Of a stretch of DNA of 64,000 nt, positions 62,030-64,000 are shown one piece after another. Below the pieces are notes generated by a model that was not told the origin of the DNA, did no database searches, and was given only the letters and a program-made list of their open reading frames with translations. A program made the translations under genes and the position numbers. The DNA is from Escherichia coli (lineage in GTDB: Bacteria > Pseudomonadota > Gammaproteobacteria > Enterobacterales > Enterobacteriaceae): NCBI RefSeq assembly GCF_030013595.1, contig NZ_CP122771.1; one strand, written 5' to 3'. Numbering within the stretch: position 1 is the first letter of the stretch; each line of letters begins with the position of its first letter.

Positions 62030-62386
62030 GTGTTCAGGGTGCTTCTGCGCCCGTCAAAAAGAAGTCGTTTTTTTCTAAATTCACTCGTCTGAATATGCTT
62101 CGCCTGGCTCGCGCTGTGATCCCGGCTGCTGTTCTGATGATGTTCTTCCCGCAGCTGGCGATGGCCGCCGGCAGTAGTGGTCAGGACCTGATGGCAAGCG
62201 GTAACACCACGGTTAAGGCGACCTTCGGTAAGGACTCCAGTGTTGTTAAATGGGTTGTTCTGGCTGAAGTTCTGGTCGGTGCTGTCATGTACATGATGAC
62301 CAAAAACGTCAAGTTCCTGGCCGGTTTTGCCATCATCTCTGTATTTATTGCTGTGGGTATGGCCGTCGTTGGCCTGAAATAAAACG

Positions 62387-62698
62387 ATGTCGGGAGACGA
62401 GAATAAACTTAAGAAATATCGTTTCCCGGAAACACTGACCAACCAGAGCCGCTGGTTTGGCCTGCCACTGGATGAGCTGATCCCCGCAGCAATCTGTATT
62501 GGCTGGGGTATCACAACATCGAAATATCTGTTCGGTATTGGTGCAGCGGTTCTGGTTTATTTCGGGATTAAAAAACTGAAAAAAGGGCGGGGCAGTTCCT
62601 GGTTACGTGACCTGATTTACTGGTATATGCCAACAGCCCTGCTGCGCGGTATTTTTCATAATGTTCCCGATTCGTGTTTCCGGCAGTGGATTAAATAG
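62387..62698 (+). CDS. traL: TraL
   Basis: ...[59 protein letters not shown]... matches recalled F TraL. Confidence 0.9.
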
Positions 62699-62719
62699 AA
62701 CTGATACCAGGATTGTTAT

Positions 62720-63286
62720 ATGGAACACGGTGCCCGTTTAAGTACCAGTCGTGTAATGGCCATCGCCTTTATATTTATGTCAGTGCTTATTGTTCTCAGC
62801 CTCTCTGTTAACGTCATTCAGGGGGTGAATAACTACCGTCTTCAGAATGAGCAACGCACTGCGGTGACGCCAATGGCATTTAATGCCCCCTTTGCCGTGT
62901 CACAGAATAGTGCCGATGCCTCTTATTTACAGCAGATGGCGCTGTCATTTATTGCCCTCCGTCTGAATGTTTCATCAGAAACTGTCGATGCCTCACATCA
63001 GGCGCTTCTGCAATATATTCGTCCGGGGGCACAGAACCAGATGAAAGTTATTCTGGCCGAAGAAGCCCAGCGTATTAAAAACGATAACGTGAATTCTGCT
63101 TTTTTCCAGACCAGTGTCCGTGTCTGGCCTCAGTATGGCCGTGTGGAAATTCGTGGAGTGCTTAAAACCTGGATTGGTGATTCAAAACCTTTCACTGATA
63201 TCAAACATTACATCCTTATTCTGAAGCGGGAAAACGGGGTGACCTGGCTGGATAATTTCGGGGAAACAGACGATGAGAAAAAATAA
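62720..63286 (+). CDS. traE: TraE
   Basis: 188 aa with N-terminal TM segment; size and position as F TraE. Confidence 0.9.
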   Translation: MEHGARLSTSRVMAIAFIFMSVLIVLSLSVNVIQGVNNYRLQNEQRTAVTPMAFNAPFAVSQNSADASYLQQMALSFIALRLNVSSETVDASHQALLQYIRPGAQNQMKVILAEEAQRIKNDNVNSAFFQTSVRVWPQYGRVEIRGVLKTWIGDSKPFTDIKHYILILKRENGVTWLDNFGETDDEKK

Positions 63287-64000
63287 TACAGCAATAATAT
63301 TCGGCGGCCTGTTTTTTTCCTGCAGCGTGATGGCCGGAGCCGGTACGCTGGCCCCCACAGTGGTGCCAATGGTGAACGGTGGTCAGGCCAGTATTGCCAT
63401 CAGTAATACCAGCCCGAATCTGTTTACCGTTCCCGGTGACCGGATTATCGCCGTGAACAGTCTGGATGGTGCCCTGACCAATAATGAGCAGACCGCCTCC
63501 GGCGGTGTGGTGGTTGCCACCGTCAACAAAAAGCCCTTTACGTTCATTCTGGAAACAGAACGTGGTCTGAATCTTTCCATTCAGGCCGTTCCCCGTGAAG
63601 GCGCGGGGCGTACCATTCAGCTGGTCAGTGACCTGCGCGGAACCGGAGAAGAAGCCGGTGCGTGGGAAACGTCCACGCCTTACGAATCCCTGCTTGTGAC
63701 CATCAGCCAGGCCGTCCGTGGCGGAAAATTACCCGCAGGCTGGTATCAGGTCCCAGTGACAAAGGAAACCCTGCAGGCCCCGGCGGGGCTGTCTTCAGTG
63801 GCAGATGCCGTATGGACGGGGAATCACCTGAAGATGGTCCGCTTTGCCGTGGAAAATAAAACGCTGTCTGCTCTGAGTATCCGGGAAAGTGACTTCTGGC
63901 AGCCGGGAACCCGTGCCGTGATGTTCAGCCAGCCTGCCAGCCAGTTACTGGCTGGTGCGCGCATGGATGTGTATGTCATCCGTGACGGGGAGGGCAACTG
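63273..64000 (+). CDS. traK: TraK, 5' part (runs off the window)
   Basis: ATG 63273 overlaps the traE end; signal peptide [21 protein letters not shown]; secretin-like N-domain. Confidence 0.85.
   Translation, partial: MRKNNTAIIFGGLFFSCSVMAGAGTLAPTVVPMVNGGQASIAISNTSPNLFTVPGDRIIAVNSLDGALTNNEQTASGGVVVATVNKKPFTFILETERGLNLSIQAVPREGAGRTIQLVSDLRGTGEEAGAWETSTPYESLLVTISQAVRGGKLPAGWYQVPVTKETLQAPAGLSSVADAVWTGNHLKMVRFAVENKTLSALSIRESDFWQPGTRAVMFSQPASQLLAGARMDVYVIRDGEGN

Larger units (their letters stand above)
60948..62382 (+). pseudogene. traA: traA (propilin) interrupted after codon 9 by IS903
   Basis: ATG 60948 gives MNAILSVQG then the IS; after the IS and 9-bp duplication the frame continues ...ASAPVKKKSFFSKFTRLNMLRLARAVIPAAVLMMFFPQLAMAAGSSGQDL... 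to the stop at 62382, matching F TraA. Confidence 0.9.

Noticed and set aside
1-64000. CRISPR arrays, tRNA/rRNA genes, antibiotic-resistance genes, integrons
   Set aside because: No regularly spaced direct repeats with unique spacers, no tRNA-like cloverleaf candidates, and no recognisable resistance or integrase genes were seen; the only tandem repeats are the TraD codon repeat and the microsatellites.

Overview
This window is almost the entire backbone of an F-like (IncFII, R100-type) conjugative plasmid, with no antibiotic-resistance cargo and no CRISPR, tRNA or rRNA. Reading left to right: 3' end of traR, then traC through traI-traX-finO (trbH absent); a finO-distal accessory block; the srnB hok-family toxin locus; the RepFIIA replicon (copB, tap, repA1, DnaA box); an RHH antitoxin with a truncated toxin; orphan genes; stbAB (parMR-type partition); the leading region (Frpo/ssi-like repeats, two orphan DNA methyltransferases, ArdB/KlcA, ssb, ParB-like, psiB, psiA, hok/mok); oriT with an R100-type nic sequence; and traM, traJ, traY, traA, traL, traE and the 5' part of traK. 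Three mobile insertions are delimited directly from the sequence: an IS66-family element with an 8-bp target duplication at the psiA stop codon, a group II intron on the minus strand inside a leading-region repeat, and a 1057-bp IS903 with a 9-bp duplication that interrupts the pilin gene traA. The best candidate for an undescribed system is an AT-rich two-gene cassette (a small P-loop NTPase-like protein plus a partner) inserted in the tra operon between traU and trbC. Other orphan candidates are a 307-aa gene next to the truncated toxin, a repeat-flanked 510-bp non-coding segment with a 115-aa minus-strand ORF, and orphan genes downstream of finO. All protein identifications rest on recall of family sequences and motifs read from the ORF track; no database search was run.
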